From an uncultured virus (IMG/VR IMGVR_UViG_3300042449_000787) (Duplodnaviria; Heunggongvirae; Uroviricota; Caudoviricetes): a stretch of DNA of 64,000 nt. Positions 55,580 through 64,000 of the stretch are shown piece after piece. Position numbers and translations under genes: made by a program. The stretch lies in IMG/VR virus record IMGVR_UViG_3300042449_000787; one strand, 5' to 3'. The notes below the pieces were generated by a model, which saw nothing but the letters and a program-made list of their open reading frames with translations, did no database searches and was not told the DNA's origin. Every line of letters starts with the position of its first letter. Position 1 is the first letter of the stretch.

Positions 55580-56347
55580 ATGAACGAACTATCAAATTTA
55601 GGGGCAGATGTAATTGTAAACAGCGTTATAGAAAATAGAGGCGATGTTGTAGACTTACTTTTTAAAAACGGAGCAATAGTGCCTGACGACTTAACTAATT
55701 TAGAGTTGTCTCAAATAGTCACAGAGCTTTTAAAAAATTCAAGTAATTTCCAAAATGAATATTTGGATTTTATAACTAATCTTATAATTTCAAAAAATCA
55801 GATTGTAACGAGTAATTATAGTAACTTAGATGGTGATTTTTACAATGAAGATGAGATGGGTAATTATAATAACGTAGAAGGAACTTTTTACGATGTAGAT
55901 GAAATGAGTGATTATAATAACTTAGAAGGAACTTTTTACGATGAAGATGAAATGAGTGATTACAGTAATGCTGTAGGTAGCTTTTCAGATACTTTTAGCG
56001 TAGCTCCAAGTCCTTTTACTCCAAAAAATACAGCTCAGACTAGTCCAAGTACAGGTTCAACAAATACAACAACTACAACGCCAAGAACTGGATTTACGTT
56101 AGATAAAGGCTTAGATATTATAACCAAAGGTTTAAATGCTTTTTTAACTTTAGATACTAACAAAACAAATAGAGCTTTGGCAGATGCTTCTGTAAAAACT
56201 ACTCAATCTTCAACGATTATTAGTACGCCAGATACATATACAAAAACTAAAAAATCAAATACTACAACGTATGTTATTTTAGCATTAGTGGGTGTTTTAG
56301 TAGTTGGTGGTGGAATTATGTATGCAGTTAAACGTAAAAATTCTTAA
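55580..56347 (+). CDS. C-terminal TM virion protein with YxNxxG repeats
   Basis: YSNLDG/YNNVEG/YNNLEG/YSNAVG; terminal TM. Confidence 0.7.
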   Translation: MNELSNLGADVIVNSVIENRGDVVDLLFKNGAIVPDDLTNLELSQIVTELLKNSSNFQNEYLDFITNLIISKNQIVTSNYSNLDGDFYNEDEMGNYNNVEGTFYDVDEMSDYNNLEGTFYDEDEMSDYSNAVGSFSDTFSVAPSPFTPKNTAQTSPSTGSTNTTTTTPRTGFTLDKGLDIITKGLNAFLTLDTNKTNRALADASVKTTQSSTIISTPDTYTKTKKSNTTTYVILALVGVLVVGGGIMYAVKRKNS

Positions 56348-56349
56348 TT

Positions 56350-56661
56350 ATGTCTTTTTTTACAACAGACGCAGGACGAAACACTATAGGTGCAGGTATA
56401 AACAGTTTATTGAGCTTAGGAGTAACAGCAGTAGGTGCTAATCAAGACAGAAAATTATTAGCAGGTCAAGCAAATATTTCGGCTCAACAAAATCAAACCG
56501 CAATAGAAGTCGAGAGAGAAAGAACAAGACAAGCTCAATTAAACCTCGAAGCTTCAAGGGCTAAAGCTCCAGAATCTGGAAGTAAGGCTCTTTACATTGG
56601 ATTAGCAATAGGAGGAGTAGTTATTTTAGGAGGTATTATTTTTGCGGTAACTAGAAAATAG
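56350..56661 (+). CDS. membrane protein
   Basis: C-terminal TM + RK. Confidence 0.7.
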   Translation: MSFFTTDAGRNTIGAGINSLLSLGVTAVGANQDRKLLAGQANISAQQNQTAIEVERERTRQAQLNLEASRAKAPESGSKALYIGLAIGGVVILGGIIFAVTRK

Positions 56662-56667
56662 AAAAAA

Positions 56668-56892
56668 ATGGGAGCAGTAAAAGGTTACATGGCAGATGTA
56701 AAAAGCATTGTGAGTAAGGACAAAAGAGATATTCTATTGCATACATCAAAGGCTTCGGTTAACGGAGCTGTCACTGGTCTTGTGCTAGGACTAATGATAG
56801 GATATTACAAAAACAAAAATGTTTATGTAAGTGGTCTTATAGGAGCCGTAGTTGGCGGTGTTGCCACTGCAATTATTGTATCTAAAAAATAA
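56668..56892 (+). CDS. two-TM glycine-zipper membrane protein
   Basis: GAVTGLVLG, GLIGAVVGG. Confidence 0.7.
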   Translation: MGAVKGYMADVKSIVSKDKRDILLHTSKASVNGAVTGLVLGLMIGYYKNKNVYVSGLIGAVVGGVATAIIVSKK

Positions 56893-56897
56893 AAAAA

Positions 56898-57383
56898 ATG
56901 GAAAATAAAACCACAATTGGTATTGGAGTTGTATTGTTAGCAGGTGTTGGGTATTACTTATACACCAAAAACAAAAAAAATCAAACTCCTTTGGTTAATA
57001 TGCCAAATAAACCTGCTTTACCTACTTTTGATAGGGATAAAGCTTCAAGAGAGTGGGCGGAATTGCAGTTTAAAAGAGAAGCTGAGTTTAGGGCTAAAAA
57101 TAACGGCGTGGTTAAGCAAGGTGTCTCTTTGGTTACTGATGCAAAAACTGGAAAAATAACTGAGGTAGCTGTGATGAATAAAATTAAATCAGAGCTTAAT
57201 CTTTACTATGACATGTTAAAAGTTTTAAATTCTATTACAGATGATTCTGATGCTGAATTTATGTTTAATCAATATAAAACAATCTTTAAATCAGGTGATG
57301 ATAGGAATTATAAACCAGACTTAAATACTCAAATTAGAACGGATTCTATTCTAAAAAAATATCCAAGCGCAAGAATCGATTAA
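56898..57383 (+). CDS. N-terminal TM protein
   Basis: IGIGVVLLAGVGYYLY-KNKK. Confidence 0.7.
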   Translation: MENKTTIGIGVVLLAGVGYYLYTKNKKNQTPLVNMPNKPALPTFDRDKASREWAELQFKREAEFRAKNNGVVKQGVSLVTDAKTGKITEVAVMNKIKSELNLYYDMLKVLNSITDDSDAEFMFNQYKTIFKSGDDRNYKPDLNTQIRTDSILKKYPSARID

Positions 57384-57402
57384 TTAAAATAAAAAACAAA
57401 AA

Positions 57403-57684
57403 ATGGATAATAAAAAAATTATTATAGGAGTTGGTGCAGTTGTTTTATTAGGTGTAGTTTACTACATGATGACAAAAAAGAAAGCGCCATATACAATACA
57501 ATGGAAAGGAGACCCTACTGGGGCTGTTTTTGTAGTTATAAATGGTAAGAAATATGGTTTTATTAGTGGAAAAGCATTTGATGCTTATGGGCGTTCGGAG
57601 CCTAAATCAGTTACAAAAGAAGAAGTAGACGCTATTCCTAGTGGGGGAAGGGTTGACGAACTTGGAAAAGTTGTTCCGAATTAA
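57403..57684 (+). CDS. N-terminal TM protein
   Basis: IIIGVGAVVLLGVVYY-KKK. Confidence 0.7.
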   Translation: MDNKKIIIGVGAVVLLGVVYYMMTKKKAPYTIQWKGDPTGAVFVVINGKKYGFISGKAFDAYGRSEPKSVTKEEVDAIPSGGRVDELGKVVPN

Positions 57685-57735
57685 AAACTGTATATGGAAA
57701 AGGTTTGAAAAAAAGGCATCAATAAAAATAAAAAC

Positions 57736-58410
57736 ATGAAGAAATTAAATTTATTAGGTATATTAGCGATAGGAGGAATTGGTTATTACTTGTTAAAAAA
57801 CAAAAAATCAAAGCCAATTTCTTCATCGTCAGCTCCATATACTAAAGAAATAACTTCGGAAAATAAATTAGTTGAATATCCTGTCAATACCTATGCTAAA
57901 ATTAATACAGCCCCATCGCCAATTACAAATTGGAGTGGAAATAATAACATGCCAACTCCAATAAAAGTCGATGTTAGCTCCGTTAGTACAATTAAGCCGA
58001 GTACAACTACTGTAAAAAATAATTCAAGCGTAAAAATAGAAAATGCGTTATCGCCTCTAGGAATTGCTAATCCAAAAGCATTGCCTAAACTTAGTTTAAT
58101 TGACGCTGTTAGTAAAACAGTATTTGATTTATATCCTAAAGACGGAATTTGGAAAGCAGAACCATGGCAATTAAATAATCCTTTATGGGATAGGTATGGA
58201 ATTGAAAAAGCAATGAATGAAAATCACAGTAATTATATTGGAATGGGAACTAAATTTTTAATTTTAAATCCTTCTAAAAGAAACAAATATACTGCTTATG
58301 TAGACCAATTTGGAAATATAATTGATGCTGGAAGGACTGCAAATGGCACGGCTATGGCTTCTGCTCTTGCAATTTCACAATATAGAATAAAAAATAACAT
58401 ACCTTTTTAA
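57736..58410 (+). CDS. N-terminal TM protein with S/T/P stalk
   Basis: LLGILAIGGIGYYLLKNKK. Confidence 0.7.
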   Translation: MKKLNLLGILAIGGIGYYLLKNKKSKPISSSSAPYTKEITSENKLVEYPVNTYAKINTAPSPITNWSGNNNMPTPIKVDVSSVSTIKPSTTTVKNNSSVKIENALSPLGIANPKALPKLSLIDAVSKTVFDLYPKDGIWKAEPWQLNNPLWDRYGIEKAMNENHSNYIGMGTKFLILNPSKRNKYTAYVDQFGNIIDAGRTANGTAMASALAISQYRIKNNIPF

Positions 58411-58424
58411 AAAAATAAAATAAA

Positions 58425-58831
58425 ATGGAAAATTTATCAAAAAATACAAAAATAATAATCGTATTAGGTCTTTTAGGATTATCTTATTATCTTTGGAATC
58501 AGCAGAAAAAAAATAAAAACACTAATTTAAAAAAATAATAATTATGAGTCAGATACAAAATCAAAATATGTCAAAAAATGAAAAACAAAAATCTCTTACC
58601 AAAACTTTGGTTAGTGTGGGAGCGAGTGTATTGGTGCTGTTTGCAACCGTTTGGGTTATAGGCATTGCTTGGAAAAAAAGCCAAAACTAATAATTTTAGA
58701 TTATGGATAAAAAAACAATCGGGAGCATTTTAGTAGTCTTAGGGATAGGTGCTTTAACTTATCTATATGTCGGCTACCTTAGACCTAAACAACAAGGAAT
58801 ACAAGACGCATTACGAGAAAATAAAAAATAA
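58425..58831 (+). other. three tiny TM ORFs (58425..58538, 58544..58690, 58703..58831)
   Basis: Read manually; each has one hydrophobic helix plus basic tail. Confidence 0.6.
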
Positions 58832-58836
58832 CAACA

Positions 58837-59142
58837 ATGGAAGATGAATTATTGGGTAAAAGTGCAAATCAGCTATGGAAAGAAAGCGGAACTACTTTAA
58901 GTTTTAAAGATTGGATTCAAAGAGAAAAAGAAAAGGGAATGTTAATTCCTAATAAATTAATTAATGATTCCATTGCTTTAATTAAGAGTAGGGTTGGCAT
59001 AAGAGATAGCGAAATTAGCAATGTTTCTTTAGAACAAGGAACTTCTAAAACAGTTTTAGGATTAAATAAATTGGCTATAATATCAAGTGTTTTAATTATT
59101 GGGGGGGCTTTGGCTTACAACTTTTATAAAAAAAGAAAGTAA
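58837..59142 (+). CDS. C-terminal TM protein
   Basis: SFKDWIQREK; terminal TM + KKRK. Confidence 0.7.
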   Translation: MEDELLGKSANQLWKESGTTLSFKDWIQREKEKGMLIPNKLINDSIALIKSRVGIRDSEISNVSLEQGTSKTVLGLNKLAIISSVLIIGGALAYNFYKKRK

Positions 59143-59144
59143 AT

Positions 59145-59930
59145 ATGAATTTTAGACTTCAGACAAGATACGATGAGATGTGTTTGGTTATCAATTTAGC
59201 CGTAAAAACACCAACAGTTGTAAGAATAAAAATTTATGACGAAATGAAGCCTAAAATAGTCTTTACAGATAGGTATAAAACTGTTTTTTCAGAAGAAACT
59301 TTTTATGTTAGATTGCCCCTTACATCTGATAACATAGTAATTTCTATTTATGATGATAAAATAGGTAATATGCCAAAGGAACAAGAGAATAATATAATGA
59401 TTAAAGTAATTGATAAAATTCCTTTGGAAAAAAGACTTGATGTAGTTGATGTAAAAAATAGAACCGTTGCTAATTTTATAAATTTCGCTCAGAGGTTTTG
59501 TTATAATTCAGCATATTTAGAATCTAATAAAGCGTACCAATCTGATGATGGAGAGTTTTTAATAGAACTTGAACCATATATAACTGGAAAAAACGGAAAT
59601 ACTTTAACAACGCCAGCAAGAATCTCTAAAGTAACTGGAAGGATTCAAGTGTCAAAAAAAGAATTTGATACCTATACAGTGCCTATGAAGTTTGCTATTT
59701 TGTGCCATGAGTTTTCGCATTTTTATTTGAATGAAAATATGGACGATGAGAGCGAAGCAGATATAAATGGTTTGTTAATATATTTAGGATTAGGTTATCC
59801 TAGAATTGAGGGATACCAAGCTTTTTTAGAAGTTTTTAAGGACAGCCCTAACGAGCAGAATAAAAAGCGTTTCGACAGAATTGATGCTTTCATACAAAAT
59901 TTTGAAAAAAATAAAATGATTTTACAATAA
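59145..59930 (+). CDS. zincin-like metalloprotease (candidate maturation protease)
   Basis: ILCHEFSH ... E.EAD motif. Confidence 0.7.
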   Translation: MNFRLQTRYDEMCLVINLAVKTPTVVRIKIYDEMKPKIVFTDRYKTVFSEETFYVRLPLTSDNIVISIYDDKIGNMPKEQENNIMIKVIDKIPLEKRLDVVDVKNRTVANFINFAQRFCYNSAYLESNKAYQSDDGEFLIELEPYITGKNGNTLTTPARISKVTGRIQVSKKEFDTYTVPMKFAILCHEFSHFYLNENMDDESEADINGLLIYLGLGYPRIEGYQAFLEVFKDSPNEQNKKRFDRIDAFIQNFEKNKMILQ

Positions 59931-59935
59931 AAATT

Positions 59936-60208
59936 ATGAAAACAAAAAATATATTGATTGGTGCGGGGGTTTTAGTGGTTGGTTACTTGCTTTTGAAAAA
60001 AAGTAAAAATAATCAGCAACCTTTTAATATTCAGACAATAGTAAAAGACCAATCTAAAGCAGTTGTAGGCAGACCTATGACAGAAGATGAGTTGAAAAAG
60101 TTTAAATGCGAAATGGAATATTCTAAATTAGCAAAGCCAATGGTTATGATGCCTCCAGAATATTGGAGTAAACGGAAAGAAGAATGGATGAAAGCTAATT
60201 GTAAATAA
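59936..60208 (+). CDS. N-terminal TM protein
   Basis: ILIGAGVLVVGYLL-KK. Confidence 0.7.
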   Translation: MKTKNILIGAGVLVVGYLLLKKSKNNQQPFNIQTIVKDQSKAVVGRPMTEDELKKFKCEMEYSKLAKPMVMMPPEYWSKRKEEWMKANCK

Positions 60209-60216
60209 ATAAAAAC

Positions 60217-60786
60217 ATGAAAATAGATAACAAAAAATTATTGATTGGTGCAGGTATATTAGCCGTTGGAACTGCAATATACCTATTCTTAAAAAATAAA
60301 CGCAATAAAAGTCAGGTTGGAATATTAGATGACGAATCGATAGAAATTGACTATAATAACGCAAGTGGTAAACCCTCTTCTACTGCTAGTGGAATAGCAA
60401 GCGGAGTAGAAAAACCTTTGTCGGTTAACGATTATAATACTAGTATAGAAAAGGCATTAAATGATAAAAAATATCAAAATTACATAGGACAAAAAATATA
60501 TACTCTAGTTGATAATGTGAATGTAAGAATGGGTGCAAATGTAAATAATGGTATATTTCATAACAAAGCTGGCACAATACCAAAGAAAAAAACATTTATA
60601 GGAAAGGTAGTTACTGCAAAATTAGGAAATGATAAAAAAATATGGTTTGCGGTAAATGAAGAAAACTCAAATATATTATATAATGTTAAAAAGCATTTTA
60701 ATTGGAGCATTTATTTAGAAAGAGACCCTTCTCTACGTTGGTTTAGGTCGGATGTAGTAATTGTTAAATTAGATAAAAATAAATAA
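60217..60786 (+). CDS. N-terminal TM protein with SH3b-like domain
   Basis: VNVRMGA..IG.V..W..W.RSDVV pattern. Confidence 0.6.
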   Translation: MKIDNKKLLIGAGILAVGTAIYLFLKNKRNKSQVGILDDESIEIDYNNASGKPSSTASGIASGVEKPLSVNDYNTSIEKALNDKKYQNYIGQKIYTLVDNVNVRMGANVNNGIFHNKAGTIPKKKTFIGKVVTAKLGNDKKIWFAVNEENSNILYNVKKHFNWSIYLERDPSLRWFRSDVVIVKLDKNK

Positions 60787-60788
60787 AA

Positions 60789-61157
60789 ATGGAAATAGAT
60801 AAAAAAAAATTATTGATTGGTGCAGGGGTTTTAGTAATTGGGTACTTAGCTTATAAAAGTATGAAAAATAAGTCTACTATATCTAAAACAGTAGTTGCTC
60901 CTACTGTTGATACTATTGTTAAACCTACTGTTCGTACTGCTGTCGCTTTAACACCAGAGCAAGAAAAAATACAATTATTTGAAAGAGGTGTTTTAAGTTA
61001 TGAAGGGGGCGTTGCTCCAAATAAAATGGTTTTAGACAATATTGCAAAAACAAGAAATGATGCGCTTGCTAAAATTAAGAATTTAATGCTAGATGCAGAA
61101 TTTGCTACTTGGAAAAGCAAACGTACAATAGATAAAAAAGCTCCTCCAAGACAATAA
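60789..61157 (+). CDS. N-terminal TM protein
   Basis: KKLLIGAGVLVIGYLAY. Confidence 0.7.
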   Translation: MEIDKKKLLIGAGVLVIGYLAYKSMKNKSTISKTVVAPTVDTIVKPTVRTAVALTPEQEKIQLFERGVLSYEGGVAPNKMVLDNIAKTRNDALAKIKNLMLDAEFATWKSKRTIDKKAPPRQ

Positions 61158-61169
61158 AAAATAAAAAAT

Positions 61170-61466
61170 ATGAACTCAAAAACATTAAAATACGGACTTA
61201 TTGGTGGGGCGGTTTTAGTAGCTATATACATCTTTAATAAAAAAAGTTTTAAAGGCACATCACAAGACCCTAATATAGACGAGCCTAGCGCAGTTGCAGA
61301 CAAGGACAAATATTTGTCATTAGGTTCAACTGGTTTGGAAGTTATGTTGCTACAAAAAGCTCTTGGAAATCTTGCAGTAGATGGTATTTTTGGAGTTAAA
61401 ACACAAGCTAGATTAAAAGAGGTAAAAGGGCTTAGTTTAATCACACTTAATCAATTAAATAAATAA
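61170..61466 (+). CDS. N-terminal TM protein with peptidoglycan-binding domain
   Basis: LSLGSTGLEVMLLQKAL..VDGIFGVKT. Confidence 0.8.
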   Translation: MNSKTLKYGLIGGAVLVAIYIFNKKSFKGTSQDPNIDEPSAVADKDKYLSLGSTGLEVMLLQKALGNLAVDGIFGVKTQARLKEVKGLSLITLNQLNK

Positions 61467-61469
61467 AAA

Positions 61470-61688
61470 ATGAATCGCAAATCATTTTATATATTAGGAG
61501 GTTCGTTAGCCGTTATTATTGCCGTTTTGTATTTCACAAAAAACAAGGCTATAATAGTTAAAAAAGAAGAGCGAGTTGTCACTGGGGGTCAATCAGCGAC
61601 TATACCACCAATGGAAGCTCCGACTTTAAGAACTCCTCCTTTAGTTGGAGATGTTTGGCTTACTCTCAAAGGAATATTTAATAAATAA
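61470..61688 (+). CDS. N-terminal TM protein
   Basis: Hydrophobic N-terminus. Confidence 0.65.
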   Translation: MNRKSFYILGGSLAVIIAVLYFTKNKAIIVKKEERVVTGGQSATIPPMEAPTLRTPPLVGDVWLTLKGIFNK

Positions 61689-61705
61689 CAATTAAAACAA
61701 TAAAA

Positions 61706-61969
61706 ATGGATGACAAAAAATTTAAAATAGCAGGATTGTTGATTTTAGCTGTTGGGGCTTATTTCTTATATTCAAGGGTAAAGCTTAATCAAAAAGTTGG
61801 AGATGTGGACGCTATTATTTCTTCTGGAAATTCTTCTAACAAGCCAGTTTTACTTACGTTCCAAAAAGAATTTCTTTCTGCATGGGCTAGTGCTATAAAA
61901 CAAAGTATCCCTACGTTTGTATTTGAGAATAAAACATACAACACTAAAGGCGGAAAAGCAATTAAATAA
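61706..61969 (+). CDS. N-terminal TM protein
   Basis: Hydrophobic N-terminus. Confidence 0.65.
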   Translation: MDDKKFKIAGLLILAVGAYFLYSRVKLNQKVGDVDAIISSGNSSNKPVLLTFQKEFLSAWASAIKQSIPTFVFENKTYNTKGGKAIK

Positions 61970-61980
61970 AAAATATAAAA

Positions 61981-62490
61981 ATGGAATCTAAATTTATATC
62001 AAAAGCAGGTGATTTTATTGCTAATAATAAAAAGCCATTAATATATGTGGGAGGTGCTATTGCAATTGTTGTAATAGGGTATTCCATTATTAGAAAATTG
62101 CAAGGTGGTATTGGCTCATTTCTAAAAGACAAAAGTGTCGGAGCAAAAGACTTTGTGCCAGTTCAGGTAGATGTTGCAAAATCTACAATTTCAGATGCCA
62201 TTGCTAATAACTATGCAAATCAATTGTTTAACGCTATGGATGGTTTTGGAACTAATTCAAGTGCAATTTACGAGATTATAAATAAGCTACAGCAAAAGGA
62301 AGATTTTAGAAAAGTGTACAACTCTTTTGGAAGAAAAAGTTACTACATAGACGGAAGTCCTACTGCAAGCGCTTATATTTTTGGTTACAAAAACCTAGAT
62401 TTAATCGAATGGTTGGATAAAGAAGTTGGGTACTCGAATCCATTAACATACAACTTAGTTAAAAAAACAATTAAAAACGCAAATTTATAA
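61981..62490 (+). CDS. TM protein with annexin-repeat-like domain
   Basis: ANQLFNAMDGFGTNSSAIYEII resembles annexin A..L..AMKGxGTDE.AI..IL. Confidence 0.6.
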   Translation: MESKFISKAGDFIANNKKPLIYVGGAIAIVVIGYSIIRKLQGGIGSFLKDKSVGAKDFVPVQVDVAKSTISDAIANNYANQLFNAMDGFGTNSSAIYEIINKLQQKEDFRKVYNSFGRKSYYIDGSPTASAYIFGYKNLDLIEWLDKEVGYSNPLTYNLVKKTIKNANL

Positions 62491-62494
62491 AAAA

Positions 62495-63388
62495 ATGAGA
62501 AAAACATTAGCAAAAAAAATGCCTTCTAAAGCATCTTCACCAACTAGCGGTGTTTTATTTAAACCATCAAAAGTTTTAGGTGTAAAAGTTCCAAGACCAG
62601 AAAAAAATAAAATTCAGCCAAGAATTTTAGGCGGAAAAATTGCACGACCATCCTCAAAATTAGTTGCGGATATTTCTTTAGGGCTAACACCTAAAAAGTC
62701 AAATGCAAATTTACCTAGCACAAGTTTAGCATCTTTATCTGATTGCGAACAAAAAGCAAGGCAAAAAATGTCGAATATGAGATTCATATCAGCTAAAGCT
62801 ATGAGTGATTACAAAACAGACTTTATAGCTAAATGTATGGGCGTAAAAACAGTACTGCCAGTACCGCAAAGTATTCCACAAAAAGAACAAGAAAATAAAT
62901 ATTCGCAGATGTTAAGTATGATACCTAATGAGTTTGTAATTAAGTCAAGTGGCTATAATACATCTTACTATAAAGGCAAATCTAATATTCATACAAAATT
63001 AAGCGCTACAACGGTTGGGATTGGTACTGGTTCTCCAATACAAATTTCTAATGAAGAATTTATAGATGCTTACAGTCAATTTTTGAAACAACCAAAAGTA
63101 ATGATGCCGATAATGCCATCAGCGCCATCAGCGCTATCAGCGCCATCAGCGCCATCAGCGCCATCAGAAATAACATCAGATTCAGAGTTAGAGCAAGAGC
63201 AAGAGTTAGAAACTATTACTCCTAGTAATTCTGCTGATACTGTTGCTCCTATTAATCCTACTAATAATGGCACATCCAACATTCAAGTTAATAGTGCGCC
63301 TAAAACAAAAAAAACTAATTACTTATTGTATTTTGTTTTGGCTATTTCTAGCGTAATAGTTTTAAAAAAATTTTTAAAAAAAAAATAA
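62495..63388 (+). CDS. C-terminally anchored low-complexity protein with (APS)n
   Basis: 9-bp repeat about 63115-63167; terminal TM. Confidence 0.7.
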   Translation: MRKTLAKKMPSKASSPTSGVLFKPSKVLGVKVPRPEKNKIQPRILGGKIARPSSKLVADISLGLTPKKSNANLPSTSLASLSDCEQKARQKMSNMRFISAKAMSDYKTDFIAKCMGVKTVLPVPQSIPQKEQENKYSQMLSMIPNEFVIKSSGYNTSYYKGKSNIHTKLSATTVGIGTGSPIQISNEEFIDAYSQFLKQPKVMMPIMPSAPSALSAPSAPSAPSEITSDSELEQEQELETITPSNSADTVAPINPTNNGTSNIQVNSAPKTKKTNYLLYFVLAISSVIVLKKFLKKK

Positions 63389-63389
63389 T

Positions 63390-63521
63390 ATGAAAAGCTC
63401 AACAATTTTATTAGTCGTTGGTGGATTAGCAATAGGTTATTTATATTTAGAAAATAAAAAACCACAATCTACCGTATCAAAAAAAGTCAAGCAAATCAAT
63501 CAAAAGCTAAAACAACTTTAA
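63390..63521 (+). CDS. 43-aa TM peptide, paralogue of the next gene's N-terminus
   Basis: [25 protein letters not shown]. Confidence 0.55.
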   Translation: MKSSTILLVVGGLAIGYLYLENKKPQSTVSKKVKQINQKLKQL

Positions 63522-63531
63522 AAAAAATAAG

Positions 63532-64000
63532 ATGAAAAATTCAACAATTTTATTAGGCGTAGGTGGATTAGCAATAGCGTATTTTTATTTAAAAAATAAA
63601 AAACCACTATCTACTACATCGACAACTCAAACAAATGAACCAACAGGTTCAACAGGTTCAACAGGTTCAACAGGTTCAACAGGTTCAACAGGTTCAACAG
63701 GTTCAACAGGTTCAACAAGTTCAACAGGGTCAACAGGGTCAACAGGGTCAACAGGGTCAACAGGGTCAACAGGGTCAACAGGGTCAACAGGGTCAACAGG
63801 GTCAACAGGGTCAACAGGGTCAACAGGGTCAACAGCATTAGTGGAAGAAATGGAAGAAATGGAACCAACGGTACAAACATCACCAACGGTACAAATACCT
63901 CCAACGGTACAAATACCTCCAACGGTACAAACATCACCAACGGTACAAATACCTCCAACGGTACAAATATCTCCAACGGTACAAACATTACCAACGGTAC
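63532..64000 (+). CDS. N-terminal TM protein with (TGS)n and (PTVQxx)n mucin-like stalk; truncated by window end
   Basis: Frame from ATG 63532 is open to the end; 9-bp and 18-bp tandem repeats. Confidence 0.75.
   Translation, partial: MKNSTILLGVGGLAIAYFYLKNKKPLSTTSTTQTNEPTGSTGSTGSTGSTGSTGSTGSTGSTSSTGSTGSTGSTGSTGSTGSTGSTGSTGSTGSTGSTGSTALVEEMEEMEPTVQTSPTVQIPPTVQIPPTVQTSPTVQIPPTVQISPTVQTLPTV

Noticed and set aside
2780..63282. Remaining minus-strand ORFs in the track
   Set aside because: All overlap well-supported plus-strand genes and show antisense F/L/S/I-rich composition.
63635..63841. PolyQ ORF and minus-strand ORF 63614..63994
   Set aside because: Alternative frames of the 9-bp repeat; the frame from ATG 63532 with a TM anchor is the credible gene.
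1..64000. Integron integrase or other tyrosine recombinase
   Set aside because: No ORF with the R..HxxR..H/W..Y pattern was recognised in the window.

Overview
AT-rich, almost entirely plus-strand segment of a large bacterial virus genome. The host is probably Bacteroidota/Flavobacterium-like (TAnnTTTG promoters, A-rich starts without Shine-Dalgarno). Left part (0.5-20 kb): small early genes, a DEDDh exonuclease, six DNA methyltransferases, replication/HTH genes, glycosyl- and acyl-transferases and tRNA-Gln. The methyltransferases (3.36-9.55 kb) sit in an integron-like cassette array. It has five attC-like hairpins (xxxTAAC...GTTAxxx), and each cassette's two ends are complementary to one another. 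Its polarity appears reversed relative to canonical integrons: the hairpins fold best on the coding strand, some donate the start codon of the downstream gene, and a duplicated attI-like site lies at the 3' end. No integrase is in the window. Middle (20.8-39.2 kb): two giant modular proteins punctuated by [FYML]xxGG motifs (candidate polyproteins) flanking a MoxR AAA ATPase and its partners. Right part (39-64 kb): murein hydrolases, a fibre/spike, an A32/FtsK-HerA-type packaging ATPase, a lysis cassette containing a PAS-PAS-TM protein, a candidate jelly-roll capsid protein and about 30 single-TM proteins. No terminase, portal, HK97 capsid or tail genes were recognised, which suggests a large tailless, membrane-containing (Varidnaviria-like) virus. 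All family assignments come from motif recognition by eye, not from database searches.
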